Origin: Phaeosaccion multiseriatum
Taxonomy: Eukaryota; Protista; Ochrophyta, other classes
Length of the DNA stretch: 64,000 bases
NCBI GenBank assembly: GCA_965112735.1
Contig: OZ218951.1
Coordinates: forward strand, 1,860,001-1,924,000
Direction: 5' to 3'
Shown here piece after piece: positions 25,769 through 39,777 of this stretch. The stretch's first letter is position 1. Each line of letters starts with the position of its first letter. The notes below the pieces were generated by a model. It had not been told where the DNA came from. It was given only the letters and a program-made list of their open reading frames with translations, and did no database searches. A program made the position numbers and the translations under genes.

Positions 25769-27805
25769 CTAAAGCTCGTCCCCAGGAGACGCCGCCTCTG
25801 CTGATCCCGTTACTGCTGCGTCTGCCGCGGCTGCTGCTCCTGAGGCTCCTGGCCCTGATCCTGATCCTGAGGAGGAAGAGGATGGTGATGATGATGATGA
25901 TGATGACCCGGCGAGCTCTCCCTTGCGGTGATAGTCAAAGTCTTTGGCCACCTTCCCGTCCTTATCCTTGAGCTCCGGGTCCGCCCCCGCCGCCATGAGC
26001 GTCTCCAATATGTCGCTATGGACCTGCAGGGCCTCGCGGATAATCTTGGTATTCCCATCCTCGCCCCCCATCTTACCCACATGCTCCGCGTACTTGTCCA
26101 GGAGCGAGGCCACTTGGTTGCGGCCATTGTAGGCAAACATGAGCGCCGTGTGCCCGTCGGAGTTCTGTGCGTTAACGGCCGCCCCGCTCTGAATTAACAC
26201 CTCCACCACATCCTTGTGTCCGCGCACCGAAGCGGACATTAACGCGTTCGTGCCTGCCTTGTCTGCAAGGTCCACATTCGCCCCGCCCTTCTTTAACAAC
26301 CGCTCCACCACCTCCGTGTGGCCTTGGCCTGCCGCCGCAACTAGAGCCGTCACCCCGTCTTGATTCGTGGCATCGATCAACGCCGCGCGACTGCTGGCAC
26401 CTTCGTCATCCTCGGTGCCAGCGGTAGCAGATATTGCCTCCAGGATGCTGTCCACCACGCTATCAAGGCCCCTGTGTGCCGCCTGGATGAGAGTAGTGAC
26501 TCCTTTCTCATCCTTGACCTGAAGCGTTTCAGATGGGGGGGAGGGGGGGATAGAAGAGACAGCACGGGGGGTGCGGGACGGGGGCGGCCCAAAGGCACAC
26601 GAAACCGTTAGCGGTAATGCGGCTGCTGCGCTTGCAAGGGGGAAGGTACACGCACGCGCGCACACACGTAAGCACGCGTATATATCTACCCATCTATCTG
26701 GCGAAAAGAGCGAGAGCAAGCGAGAGAGAGATAGAGAGAAAGACTCACTGACTTACCATCACGTCTGCCCCATATTCGATGAGCAGCAGCGCAAAGTCCA
26801 CGTTTTCAATGATAATGGCGTCCATGAGCAGGCTATGCCAGTTGCCTTCGTCATCCATGTACACGCCATTTGGGTCCGCGCCCCCCGTCTCCACGAGCAG
26901 CCTCGCCACCGCAGCATGGTTGCCCATCACCGCTCCGAGCAGAGGAGACACCCCCTCATCGTCCATCTCATTGACATTGGCCCCTGCCTCCACCAGCACC
27001 CGCACGGCCTCGAGATGGCCGCCTTGGGCTGCCACCTGCAGCGCCGTTACACCGTCCTTGTGCGGCTCTTCTTCCCTCCAAGGTTGGACCTCCTCGACTA
27101 CCTCCTCGACCCCGTCCTCTCCTCCCGATTGCCCCGTCGTATCTGCCCGTGCCCCTACCCCATCACCCTCCCCACCTCCCTCAGCAACATCAGCCCCAGC
27201 CTCAGCCGCCGTACCATCACGACTCTCGCCGCCCCCCGCAGCGACACCAGACCCCCCGCCCCCGCCCCGCTGCCGCAGCACTGCATTCACCTTGGCCACA
27301 TACTCCGGAGTGGCCACCACCTTCCTATTCACGTCCGCCTGTGCCGAAATGAGCAGCTCGCACACGTCTGAGTAGCCTGCTGCTGCTGCAAACATGAGCG
27401 CCGTCCCGCCCGACGCCGCCACTGCATCCACGTCTGCCCCGCGCTCCAGCAGGAGCTTGCACACCTCGAGATGGCCTTGACTCGCCGCGGTCATGAGGGT
27501 GGTGACACCGTCCTTGTCTCGCCCGGCCTCGTCGGCGCCGTTCTCCACCAGTGCCATAACCACGTCTACCTTGCCGGAGGTACATGCCTACACATGACAA
27601 ATGTGCACACACAGAGAAACAGAGAACCAAAAGGAAAAGTCAGAGAAAAGTGAGTGGTACCGAGCGACATTCGTTGGCTGACATGACTGACTGCCAAACA
27701 GGCAAGAGAGATAGACCCACAGACATAACCCAAAAACGGAGAGATAGAGAACAAACAGACAAAAGACTGGCAGCAGACAGGCAGGCAAAGGGGCAGGCAT
27801 ATGGG

Positions 27806-27839
<34 letters not shown>

Positions 27840-30398
27840 AGCTCTCTCACCTCCATGAGGGCCGAGCCGCCGTGTGCGTGCAGCTGCCCCACATTGACTC
27901 CCTTCTCAATGAGGAACTCCACCACAGGCAAGTGCGCCCCTGCCGCTGCGTACATGAGGGCGTTGACCCCCTCGGGATGCGGGGCATTCACCTCCGCACC
28001 GCCGCTCACCAGTCTGGTGCACGGAAGAGGAGGGGGGTAGGGAGGGAGGAAGGGACGGAGGGAGGGGAAAGCATTTGTTAAGTTCAGGGCGGTGGGTTGG
28101 GCCTTAAGGAAGACTGAGATCCTATTCGCATGTAAGACAGACCCCCCCATGATCACTGACCCCTGCACTTCTCCACTCGACACCACTCCACCCCGCCCCA
28201 CCCCACCCCACCCCACCCCACTCCACTTCACTCCACTCCACTCTACTCCACTTCAATCTACTCCACTTCACTCCACTACAACCCACTCCACCCCACTCTA
28301 CTCCGTCTCTCTCACCTCTTGACCACGCCCGTGTGCCCACCCGCAGAGGCGAGGATGAGCGGGGTGAAGCCAGGGAAGGAAATGGCATTGGGGTCGGCGC
28401 CTTTGTCCAACAAGTAAGACACAACGTCTTCGGAGCCAATCTCCGCGGCGTTCATCAGAGCTGTGAGACCGTCCTGCTCCGTCCACAGGCCAGGCAGATG
28501 AAGGTAGGGAGAGGGAGGAGGTGAGTCAAGACAGGAGACGAGACGGCCAAGGTGCAAGGAGGGAGGGAGAGGAGCGGAGAGGGGAGTGAAGGGGGGGGAG
28601 ACGAGAAGAAACAGGCCGCGGAGGCAGGCAGTCGCCAAGTAAGGCCCACGTCGGAGAGGTCAGGTAGCGAGCTCAAGACGGAAATATACGATACAGTGGT
28701 GGGGTGGGCACTCATACTCTCACTAACCTGGTCCTGTGCGTTGACATCAGCGCCCCCATCAACGAGCATCTTGACACACGAGTGATGCCCCCCCACGGCC
28801 GCTGCCATGACTGCCGTGATGCCGTCGCTGCGTGAGTTAGACACGTCTGCACCCTTGGAGAGGAGGAAGGACACAACGTCCTTGCGGCCCTCTCCGGCGG
28901 CGAGCCACATGGCGGTTACGCCGGATGTTGTCAATGCATCCACCTGTTGTTTTCGCAATAGACGTATGTAGAGTAGATAGAGACAATCAGAGACCATCAC
29001 CATCCAACACAGAGAGACAGGGTGTGATCCATAGCAAGAGGGGTGTGGATGTGAGTGTGTGCAGTGTGAGCGTGCGTGAGTGAGTCGGGTTGCGTCGGCG
29101 CCTTGCAGGCACACTTGGCAGTTACTTGCCTTGTGGTCACTAAGCAACCAACCAAACAAACCAACCAACTAACCAACCAACCAACCAACCAACTAACTTA
29201 CCTCTGCCCCCTTACTGTAGAGGTACTTGACAACGTCCTTGCTGTCCATGATGGCCGCCTCCATGAGGGCTGTGATGCCGTCCTTGTCCCGCGCATTCAC
29301 GTCGGCGCCCTTGCTGATCAGCATCTTCACCACGTCCTGTGTGTGTGTGTCAAAGGTCGCAAGGAGTGTGTAAGCATGAGTGCGAGGGTTTCCAAGGAGT
29401 GATGCTCGTGTGGCTAGGAGAAGGGGGGCACTATGGACGTGCAGCGAGGAAGTGGGAGCAAACAGATGGCAAAGAGAAGGAAGGGTAGTGACAGAGCGAG
29501 GACAACGAAGCTCGGCAATCGTCCATCACTGACTTACCACGTGGCCAGCGCTGGCGGCAGCAATGAGAGGAGTGAGGCTGTCCCAATCGGTGGAGTCCAC
29601 GCTCGTGCCCATGTCTAGCCAGCGCTTCACCGCCTTCTTATCCCCGTCGTTGGCTGCAGTAATGAGCCGTACGCCGGGGTCCCGCATCGCCTCCAGATCC
29701 GACTGACTAACGTAATGCAAGCTGAGCGGTGTCACAGAGTCGTCCCCAGCGTCGCACTGCACGAGCGTAGCGCTCTCTCCCTCCCGTAGTAAGTGCAGGC
29801 ATTTACTTGGCGGGCCATTCTCCCCTCCTGCCTCCGCCCCTGCCCCTGTCCCCGCTCCTGCGGACCCTAATGCGGACTCTTCTCGCTGCCCCACCGAGAG
29901 GATGTACCCCCCGCCTCCTCCACCCTCCGACACCCTCTCCTCCACCGCCCACCCCTTGGCACCGCAGTGCGAACAAGCCCCTATCCGAAGAGGGTTGGGC
30001 GCAGAGCCGTCACAGCTCCGGCGGTCGAGACATTCCGAGGACAGCGACGCGTCGCTCCCATCGTCGTCCACATGCATGCGGTGAATGGAGTGGGCGCCAG
30101 CCTCTCCGCTCAGGTACCAAAGCGTATCCACTGCGCATCGCTTAAAGACGTCCCCAGACAAGCAAAGGCCGTCTGAGGCGTCTTGCATGAAGAAGGGCTT
30201 CCTCGTGACGGCCGCTGCTGCCGCCGCCGCCCCAGACTCTGCCGCGTTTTGATCTGCTGCCGCAGCTGCTGCTCCTGCCGCCTCCGCAGAGCGATGCGGA
30301 CTCGCGAAAGCGCAAAGCAAGAAGGCCGGAAGCAGGTTCCGCCCGCGCTTCCTCTTTCCCCGCATGTTACTACTACTACTCGTTCCTGCTGCCGGCAT
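25769..30398 (-). CDS. Secretory-pathway protein: signal peptide + Cys-rich ricin-B/beta-trefoil-like domain + ~18 ankyrin repeats + C-terminal GDEL
   Basis: Seven exons in frame. N-terminus MRGKRKRGRNLLPAFLLCAFASPHRSAEA. Cys-rich segment GLCL..FKRCAVDTLW..ECLDRRSC..ACSHCGAKGW..KCL..VQCD. Many GxTALMxAA..GH.DVV..LL..GADVN repeats. Ends SPGDEL*. Confidence 0.88.
28183..28283. repeat. (ACTCC/ACCCC)n pentanucleotide repeat, intronic
   Basis: About 20 degenerate pentamer units. Confidence 0.85.
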
Positions 30399-30733
30399 GA
30401 TCGAGCCGATACGAGCAGCTCCTTCAAAAACCCTCCCTGCTCCTTCCTCCTGCTCTCAAGACTCGCTAATCAGCCCCTCTTACTCACTGCTACTGCTCCT
30501 GATCCCCCTCTCACTGTGTTGTGATGCATTCTGTGCGCTGTGTCCTTCTTACACGTTGTTAGAGGAGCGACAAGCGCCTCGTGGAGCCTACCGAACTGAA
30601 ACCGGTGCGTCGCACGGCACGTTCATACACGCTCAAAAATGAGGGATTCAAAAAACCAGCAAACGTCCTTCCCGTTTAAAAGGCTAAGGGGACGAGACGA
30701 AGGTGCGCCCTGAGGGAGACAGAGGGAGTGGGG

Positions 30734-33700
30734 ATGGGTCGTCTCCGAAGAGGTAGCCGCCCCAAAGGCGATGAGATGGAGGCACGGAGCAGCGAAAATG
30801 AGAGCGGCGGCGGTAGCAGCGAGGAGGATGGGTCAGGCAAAAGAGACAGCGGGACGGAAGCAGCAGGAGACACTTGTGCCTCAAGCGCCCAGTCCTCGGA
30901 GAGCAGTGGCAAGAGATCGGGACGATCGTCGAGAAGGAGTGGTTTCAGCGGCTCCACGGCAGTAGCAGCGGCAGCAGCGGCGGCGGCGGCAGCAGCGGGG
31001 GGAGTGGCTGAAGACGGCAGTGAGGAGGGAAATGGAGAGGAAGAGGAGGGGAGGAAGGAGGCGCAGGAAGAGGAAGCTTCTGTTGAGGATACCTGCGATA
31101 GCGGTGATGCCTCTGAGGAGGAGGAGGAGGACGACGACGACGACGACGAGGAGGAGGCCAACGCCAAATACATCCGTGCCTGCCCTCGCCGAGGCGGCAG
31201 CAGCGGCAGTACCACAAGCAGTGGACGGGTCCTGCGCAAGACGGGCGCTCCAACTGCTGTTGGTGGTGGGGGGAGCAGCAGCAGCAGGAGCGCTCGTCTG
31301 GGCCGTAGGAGAGGACGGCCCATGTCTGGTGGGGGGAACAAGGACCAGATCCACGAGGACGAAAAGGAGGACGACGAGAACGACGAGAACGACGGGGAGG
31401 CGGAAGCGGACGAGGAGGACGACAACGACGACGACGAAGAGTACGGATCGGGCAGCGGGCGGAGAAGTCGGGGAAAGTCTGCCAAAGGCGGTGCTCTAAC
31501 GCGTCCGGGGAGAGGCAGCAACCGCAACAGCAGCAGCAGGAAGGCTGCAAACAAGGGCAAGGGCAAGAACAAGGCATCTCGGGGCGGGAGCAGCAGTCAA
31601 GTTAACACCTCTCCGCTGCTCAGCATGGGCTTTCTCACCAAGGTACTTTCAGACAGAAATAGAGTATTATGGGCCAGGACGTGTCCCCCCGGGGTTCGCG
31701 CCGGAAAGTTGGGTGCATGATTTTTTGGGGACCCAACTTCTCTCTTCCACACTCGGCACAATAGTTTGGCCACTCTGCACCTTCGCTGTTTCTACTTGTC
31801 CAACGACAGTCCTTATCGATTGCGAAACTCGTTTCCCGTTGCCCTGTCCCTCCGTCGGGGTCTTTTTCTTTTTTTTTTGCTCTTCCTTTCTGCCGCTCTT
31901 TCTCTCTCTCTGCTGCCACTCTCTCGCTGTCGCTCCGTCCGTCTTTTTCTTCAAAGCCTCCACTCATACTCTTCTGTTTCCCCCTGCCTCCACCTTGCCG
32001 GCCCATACGCCTGCCCTGCCCTACCCTGCGCTGTATCACCAACGGCCCTGCCCTGCTGCCTGCATACACACAGGTGGACCCGGCCACCAAGCTCAAGCAA
32101 CTTCAAAGCGACTTTGCCAAGAGCACGGAAGCCGCCAAGGCAAGCAAGAAGAGGCTCACCAAGCAGACAGGAGGGGGGTTGTCGTCCTCCCCCTCCTCGT
32201 CCTCCCGAAAGGCGCGTTCGCACTCCACCTCCACACACTCTGCGGCTGCTGGTGTGTCGGGCTCCCCCATGCGGCGCCGGTCGGCGAGGACGAGCAGGGT
32301 GACTTATGCTGAGACGAGGGACAGCGATGACGAGGGGGATCAAGGGTTGGGGGAGGGTCACGATGATGATGAGGAGGAGGAGGCGGAGGTGGGGGAAGAG
32401 GACGACGAGGAGGAGGACGGAGAAGAGCACGAGGACGACATCTTTGGGGCGTTTGCGCACGGAGCAAGGTCCTCCAAGGCGTCAGGCAAAGGCAAGGGCA
32501 AGGGCAAGGGCAAGGGGAGCGGGGGCAAGGGAAGGGGCAGGAAAGACGCCTCCTCGGCGAGAGTCGCAGAGCCGGTAGCTTCGAGGAAGAGCAGCAGAAT
32601 CACCAACAAGATAAGCTATGAAGTGCCCAGCGATGGCGACGATGAGGATGTTGACGCTGATGACGACGCTGATGTAGAGGTTGATGGCGATGCAGGAGAA
32701 GGAGGAGGAGGGGAGGAGGGGGAGGAGGAGGCGGAGGAGGAGGAAATGAACGGAGGAGCCAAATCTGCGTCGGAGAAGAAGAAGCAGCAGCGGGCCAAGG
32801 GGGCCAGCAGAGGCGGCAAGCAGGCCAAGCTGCAGCTGCTCCAGCGACAGGAGGGCAAGGAGGGCGATGGGGAGGGCTCAATAGAAGGTTCTTCCACCTC
32901 TCTGCAGCCGAAGGGCAAGGGCAAGGGCAAGGGCAAGGCGAAGCAGACAGTGCAGAGGAAGGTGCAGCCGGGCATCAAGCGGCTGCAGGACAAGCGCAGG
33001 AAGCAGCAGCAGCAGGAGGAGGAGGCGATGAGCGACGCAGACGCCGACCTCATGGAGAGCGAAAGCGACGAAGAAGAAGAGGGGGGCAAGGCCAAGAAGA
33101 AGGGCAGTGGAGGTGTGGGCAGCGACGTGGACGGAGACGGAGACTACCAGGAGGGAAAGGAGGGAGAAGAAGAGGACGACGACGACGAGGAGGAGGAGGA
33201 GGAGGTGGAGGAAGGGGAGGAGGACGACGACGAGGAGGAGCCGCTGAAGATTCACCGCATCCTGGGGCAGAAGGAGCTGACCAAGCACGACTGGCACGAG
33301 GTGCGACGTGTGATTCTGATAATCCTTTGGTCTATACTTGTCTGTGCGTGTGTGCGTGCGTATTGTCTTGTGAGGAAGAGGCGCATTTCTCCACCTCTTT
33401 TGGCTGTGGAGCCGCCCGTTTCCTAACCAACCTGCCTTCCCCGCTCACTTGTATCCTTTCCCTTGCCCCCCTGCTCCCCCCCCTCCTTGTGCTGACACCC
33501 CCCAGTTGATGAAGGGCATGAACACGGACGAGATCACAAAAGGAAGCATCTGGAACCAAGTTGATACCCTCGACGCGGGTGGTGATGATGGTGACGACGA
33601 TGACATGGCTGATGTGACCGAAGAGGTCGTCAAAGGGGAGCGGGGGAAGGCCAAGGGCAGGCAGGGCGGCGCAGGCGGCGCCTTGCAGCAACGCTTCCTG

Positions 33701-34356
33701 GTCAAGTGGAAGAACTTGAGCTACTTGCACGTGTCTTGGGAGACCTACGGTGACTTGGTGGAGCAGCTGGGGTCACACGTCAAACAGCAGGTAGGGGGTG
33801 GGGGCGGAGTTGGGCCGTCGGCTGCCATCGGGTGGGGGGAGGGGAGGGGGCGCGGCGGACAGGCCATTTGTGCTGTGCCTCTGTCGTGTTCATGGAGTGT
33901 GTGCACACGCACGTATACACACAGACGCTTACTTCGCACACACACACACACCCATGTTGGTTATACACACAGATTAAGAAATTCTTGGTAAAGGAGGCTG
34001 CGGGTGCGCTGGAGACGGGCGATGGAGAGTTCTTCGATGCGTCCTTTCTGGACATTGAGAGGGTGCTTGACATTGATGAGATAAAGGGGGAGGACTCACG
34101 CGTGCTTGTCAAGTGGGCGGGCCTGCCCTACGGAGAGATTACGTACGAGTACACCAAGGACCTGGAGGCTGCAGGTGCGTATGTGTGGATATATGTGGAC
34201 ATATGGGGATGGTGGCCAGTGAGAAGGGAGGGGGGGCGGGAGGGAGGGATGGAGGGAGGCGTATCCCCAACGCTTTACCTCCGGTCCCTCCCGCCTTTTG
34301 GTCGTATTGTTGTGCACCTCACCTCTCGTCTCTTCCCTCTCATCTCTCTCTCCCTT

Positions 34357-34393
<37 letters not shown>

Positions 34394-36937
34394 TTCTTTC
34401 TCTCTCTCTCTCTCTCTCTCTCTCCCTTTCTCTCTCTCGATCTCTCCCTTTCTCTCTCTCTCTCTCTCCCCCTTTCTTTCTCTCTCTCTCTCTCTCTCTC
34501 TCCCTTTCTTTCTTTCTCTCTCTCTCTCCATCGCTCTGGCTCTCTCTCATGACACAGGCTGTCTCTACGAAGTCGCCGTCAACACACACAAACAGAGGGA
34601 GAAGTACGCCTGGCGCAAGAAGCACAAAGCCGCCATGAGCAAGAAACAGTTCAAAGACATGCTGGAGGGGAAGGACAAGCGCAAGGGCAGGGGGGAGGAG
34701 GAGGCGGAGGGGGAGGAAGGCAAGGAAGAGGAGGAAGGCAGGAAGGGCAAGTGGAAGTGTCCTGCCTTTGTGAATGGGGGCTCGCTGAGGGACTACCAGG
34801 AGGAGGGGGTCAGCTGGATGCTGTGGAACTGGGCCAACAATCGCAACTCCATCCTGGCAGGTGTGTTGGGTGGGTGGATGGGTGGGTGGGGTGGGTGGAT
34901 AGGGAAATAGGTAAGACAGATGGGGATAGATTGAATGATGGACAGTGTCCATTGAACTGAACTGAACTAACTGACAGACAGAAAGACGGATAAATGAGAG
35001 AAAAATGATGAAACACAAAAAGACCGAACCTCCTGCTGCCCCTCTCCTCCCCTGCACCCCTCTACCCCCCCCCTCCCTCCTCGTCCCCTACTCAGATGAG
35101 ATGGGACTCGGCAAAACAGTGCAAACGTGCACCTTTCTCTGGGAGCTGCACCGCCTATTCGGTAAGACGGGGCCCTTCCTTGTCGTGGCGCCTCTTTCGA
35201 CAGTGGTGCACTGGCAGAGGGAGACGGAGGCGTGGACGGGGCTCAACACGGTGGTGTGGTGCGGCAATGAGGACGACCGCTCCAACGTGCAGGAGTGGGA
35301 GTTTGAGTACTTGTCAGAGAAGGACAAGAAGCTCCGGGACAAGGCCAAGGACAGGTGAGGGGGTCAAGGGAGGGGGAGAGGAGGGGAGGGGAAGAGAAGG
35401 GAGGGGAAGGGATGAAAGGGCAGGCCACACGCCATCGTACAGAAGGTACAAATGAGTACCCTGACGACCATCTGCTACCATCTACCATATACTACCACCC
35501 CCTACTGCACTACTACCATCTGCTGCCATCTACACAGGCACGGCAAGCGGCTGTGGAAGCCCATGGTGGTGGTGACTACCCCGGAGATGGTGGTGCGCGA
35601 GGACGGCAAGAAGGTGCTGGGCCGCATTGAGTGGGACGCCCTGGTGGTGGATGAGGCGCATAGACTCAAGAACGAGCGCAGGTCAGTCAGTTGGTCCTCC
35701 AGTTGGTCAGCCAGTGGGTCAGTCGGCTGTCAGTGAGTTTCCCCCTCTGCTACGCTTCTCTCTCCCCCTCTCTCTCACACACACGCACGTTCTCACGCAC
35801 TCTCTCCCTCCCTCCCTCCCTCCGTCCCTCCCTCTGCCCCTCTGCAGCCGCTTCACAACATCAATGGCGACCTTCTCGTTCGATGCGTGCCTGCTGCTGA
35901 CGGGGACTCCGTTGCAGAACAATACGGAAGAGCTGTGGACGCTGCTCAACTTTGTGGACGGACAGAGATTCGGGGACAAGGAGGACTTTGTGGACAAGTT
36001 TGGAGACTTGCAGAACGCCGAGAGAACCAAGGAGCTCAAGAACGAGATGAAGGTGCGGTGCGGCTCATTGACTTACTTGACTGACTTGGCTGAGGGACTG
36101 AAGGGGGCAGAGCGGTGGCGAGGGGGGTGGGTGGAGTGGAGCAGAGAGGAACGGTGGGTGGGTTTGTATGTGGGTGAGTGCGAGGATAGGGGGGTGGGTG
36201 GAAAGGGGGTATGGGGAGGGGAAGAAGATACGAAGGAGCACCATCCACCAGCAGCAACCACAACCACGCCGTTGCTCCTCTCTCGTGTGTCGTCTGTTTG
36301 TTCTCCTCTGCCCCTTCTAAAGCCCGCTTTAGTCGTTCATCTGCCCTCCTCTGTCACTTCTAACACTCTCTTCTCCCTCCTCTTCCCCGTGAACTGATTT
36401 TCCCTTCCTCTTTAATCTCTGTACATAGGGCTACATTCTGAGGCGTATGAAGGTCAGTAGACAACTCAAAGCACCCAATCAAACCCAACACATGAGTGTA
36501 TTTGTATTCCTCTATTACCGCCCGCCCCCACCTCACTACTCAGTCACTCACTCAGTCACCCACCCTCTCACTCACCCACTCAGCCACACCTCACCCACCC
36601 ATTCACCCACCCACTCCCTCACTCACCCACCCACTCACCAACCCACCCACTCCCTGACTCACTCCTCCCCCCCTCACTCACTCCCTCACTCACAGGAGGA
36701 CGTGGAGAAGAGTGTGCCCCCAAAGGAAGAGACCATAATCGAAGTGGAGCTGACCCCTGTGCAGAAGCAATACTACAGAGCCCTGTACGAGCAAAACACA
36801 GAGTTCCTGATGCGCGGCTCCAAGCCTTGCCAAAGGCCCTCCCTTATGAACTTGGAGATGGAGTTACGCAAGTGCTGCAACCACCCGTACCTCATGCGCG
36901 GGGTGGAGGGGGACCTTCGCCAGCATCAGCTGGTGAT

Positions 36938-36979
<42 letters not shown>

Positions 36980-37448
36980 GCAGCAGCAGAAGGGGGAGGC
37001 GGGTGCGGCAGTTGAGGGTGTGGCGGTGCCGCCACAGATGGATGAGTTGACCAACATGGTGGCCTGCAGTGGGAAGCTCGTGCTGCTGGACAAGCTTCTT
37101 CCCCGGCTGCAGGAGGAGGGCCACAGAGTGCTGGTCTTTTCGCAGTTCAAGATTATGCTCGACGTGCTGGAGGACTACATGATTGGGCGAGGCTTCTCCT
37201 TCGGTCGCATTGATGGGGGGGTGACGGGCCGAGACCGACAGTCGGCCATTGACGCCTTTCAAGCGAAGGACAGCAAGATGTTCATCATGATGCTCAGCAC
37301 CAAGGCGGGAGGTGTGGGCATTACCCTCACGGCGGCAGACACGGTCATCATCTACGACAGCGATTGGAACCCCCAGAACGACTTGCAGGTGCGTGCTGCG
37401 TGCGTTACGCATGCATCACTCACTCACCCACTCGTGGCCACTCACTCA

Positions 37449-37491
<43 letters not shown>

Positions 37492-39709
37492 TAACTCTTT
37501 GACTCGACTTGTTGCACTTTCCCAGGCCATGGCTCGCTGCCACCGCATCGGACAGAAGAAGAGCGTCAAGATATACCGCCTCCTCGCCAGGAAGACGTAC
37601 GAACAACACATGTTCGACAAGGCCTCCAGGAAGATGGCACTCGATCAGGTGCTGCTGAGCGAGGGGGGCATGGCAGGGTCGGATGGCAAGAAGAAGGCAA
37701 GGAGCAAGGAGGAGGTGGAGCGGCTGCTAAAGTTTGGCGCCTACGACATGTTTCGCGAGGGGGAGGAGGGGGCCCGGCAGGCGAGCGAGCAGTTCAGCGC
37801 CAACGACATTGATTCTATTCTCAATAGCGCGAGGACTGTGGTGCATGGGAGTGTGGAGCAGCAGCAGCGACAAGCGGCAGGAATGGGCAGCAACTCGTTC
37901 AGCAAGGCCAGCTTCGTGGCGGGGGACGACAAGGACGAAGCCGCGATGGTGGATGTCGATGACCCTGACTTTTGGTCCAAGTGCTGCGGCCTCACGCTGC
38001 CCGAGAGGAAGGCGGAGAAGCTAGGCCTCCGCGCCGCTCGGAAGGTGGGGTGTGGTGCCGTGGGCTGGGGTGCCCCGCTCTTTCTCTGTAACTCTCTCTC
38101 TCTCTCTCTCTCGACACTTTTCTGCAACGAGTATTAAACTCGCCCCGATCTCACGAATGCTTACGTATATACACACTCGCACCCATCCATCCCACCCGCC
38201 CACATTACGCACACACGCACATATACACACATGTACACGCACACATGCGCACAAACGCACAGGTGAGAAAGTCCTACAACGACCACGAAGGGTTCGAGGA
38301 CGACGACTCTGACGAATCCGACGACTCAGCCGGAGGGGGCAGAGGAGGAGGGGGAGGGGATGGGTCACTCTCAGACGGGGGTAGTAGTGGCAGCAGCGGA
38401 AGCTCAACGTCGGGGGACGGCCCTGAGCATATGACGGGGAAGGACCTCCTCCACATCACAAGATCGATGGGGCAGTTTGGGTATGGCAATTGGGTCGCTT
38501 TGGCTGACACATGTCAGGGCAACAAGACGCCCGGGGAGGTGGCGGATGCAGTACGGTGTGTGGTGTCATACATGGCAATGAGGGCAGCCAGGGAAGAGTC
38601 AATCAAGGAGGCGCACAAGGAGGCCGTGAAGAGGAAGCACGAGGCAGTGGCTGGGGCAGGGACGCAGCAGGGTTCGAGTTCTTCTTTTTCTTCTTCGCCT
38701 ACCGCAGATTCCGCGGTGGCGCCGTCTTGCGGTGTTGGCGGGGGGGGGGTGGTAGGGGAGGGGGGAAGAGCAGATGGCCAGGGGGAAAGAGAGTCGGTGA
38801 TTGGGTTCGAGCTCAGTCAGAAGGAGAAGCAAAAGTTGTATCAGACGAGCCTCTTTCGCCTGTACAAGAAGTACGGGGTCATTGCACAATGCATCGAAGC
38901 GGCCCCGAAGAAGGCACCCGCAGATGGCGCTGCTGTGTCGCCAACTGCTGATGATGGTGGTGCTGGTGCTGGAGGAGGAGCGAAAGAGCAGTCGGGGTTG
39001 GCGCTGATGAACAAGTGCAGACAAGTGGCTATGCCCCCTGCCATTAAGAATGGGTCGAAGGAGTTCATCAAGGAGGCCCACAAGAGCATGGACTTCAAGT
39101 TCAAGACTCTGAATGACATGTGGGACGTGAAACGCTTGCTCAGGGCAGGGTTGGAGGAGGGCATGATGCGGAAGAAGAGGAAGCAGGAGCAGCAAGAGGG
39201 CCTGAGGATGTCACTTCTGGATGCTACGGCACCAGCAGGAGCAGGAGCAGGAGCAGCAGCAGGAGCAGGAGGAGGAGCAGCAGCGGCTGAAGGAGGGGAA
39301 GGAAAAGGAGAAGCAGGAGGAGGAGCAGGAAAGACCAAAGAGCAGCTCAAAGAAAAGGCGGACTTGGCGGAGGAAGACACCATGCCTGGGCGAGAAATGC
39401 TGAGCACCTGGGTGGCCCCAGCCCGAATGTGGCTACTTGCGGGTAACGCCTCTCTTTGCCGGCCCGGTGCTTGGTGGCGGGACGAGCACGACGCTTGGCT
39501 GGTGGCGGGCGTGAGTCGGCATGGAATGCCTTCCAAGTTGAGGAGGAGAGAGAAGCTCTTGCTGGACAGTGAGGACTTACCCTTCCCCGCCGTCGAGGCG
39601 TCGAGCGTGTCACAGGAAGACTGGGAGGTAAGTGGTGTGAACTGATCTATTCTTGTCTCTTTTCTAGATGTTCAGATGTTCATCTGTCTGTCTCTCTACC
39701 TGTCTGCCC

Positions 39710-39777
<68 letters not shown>

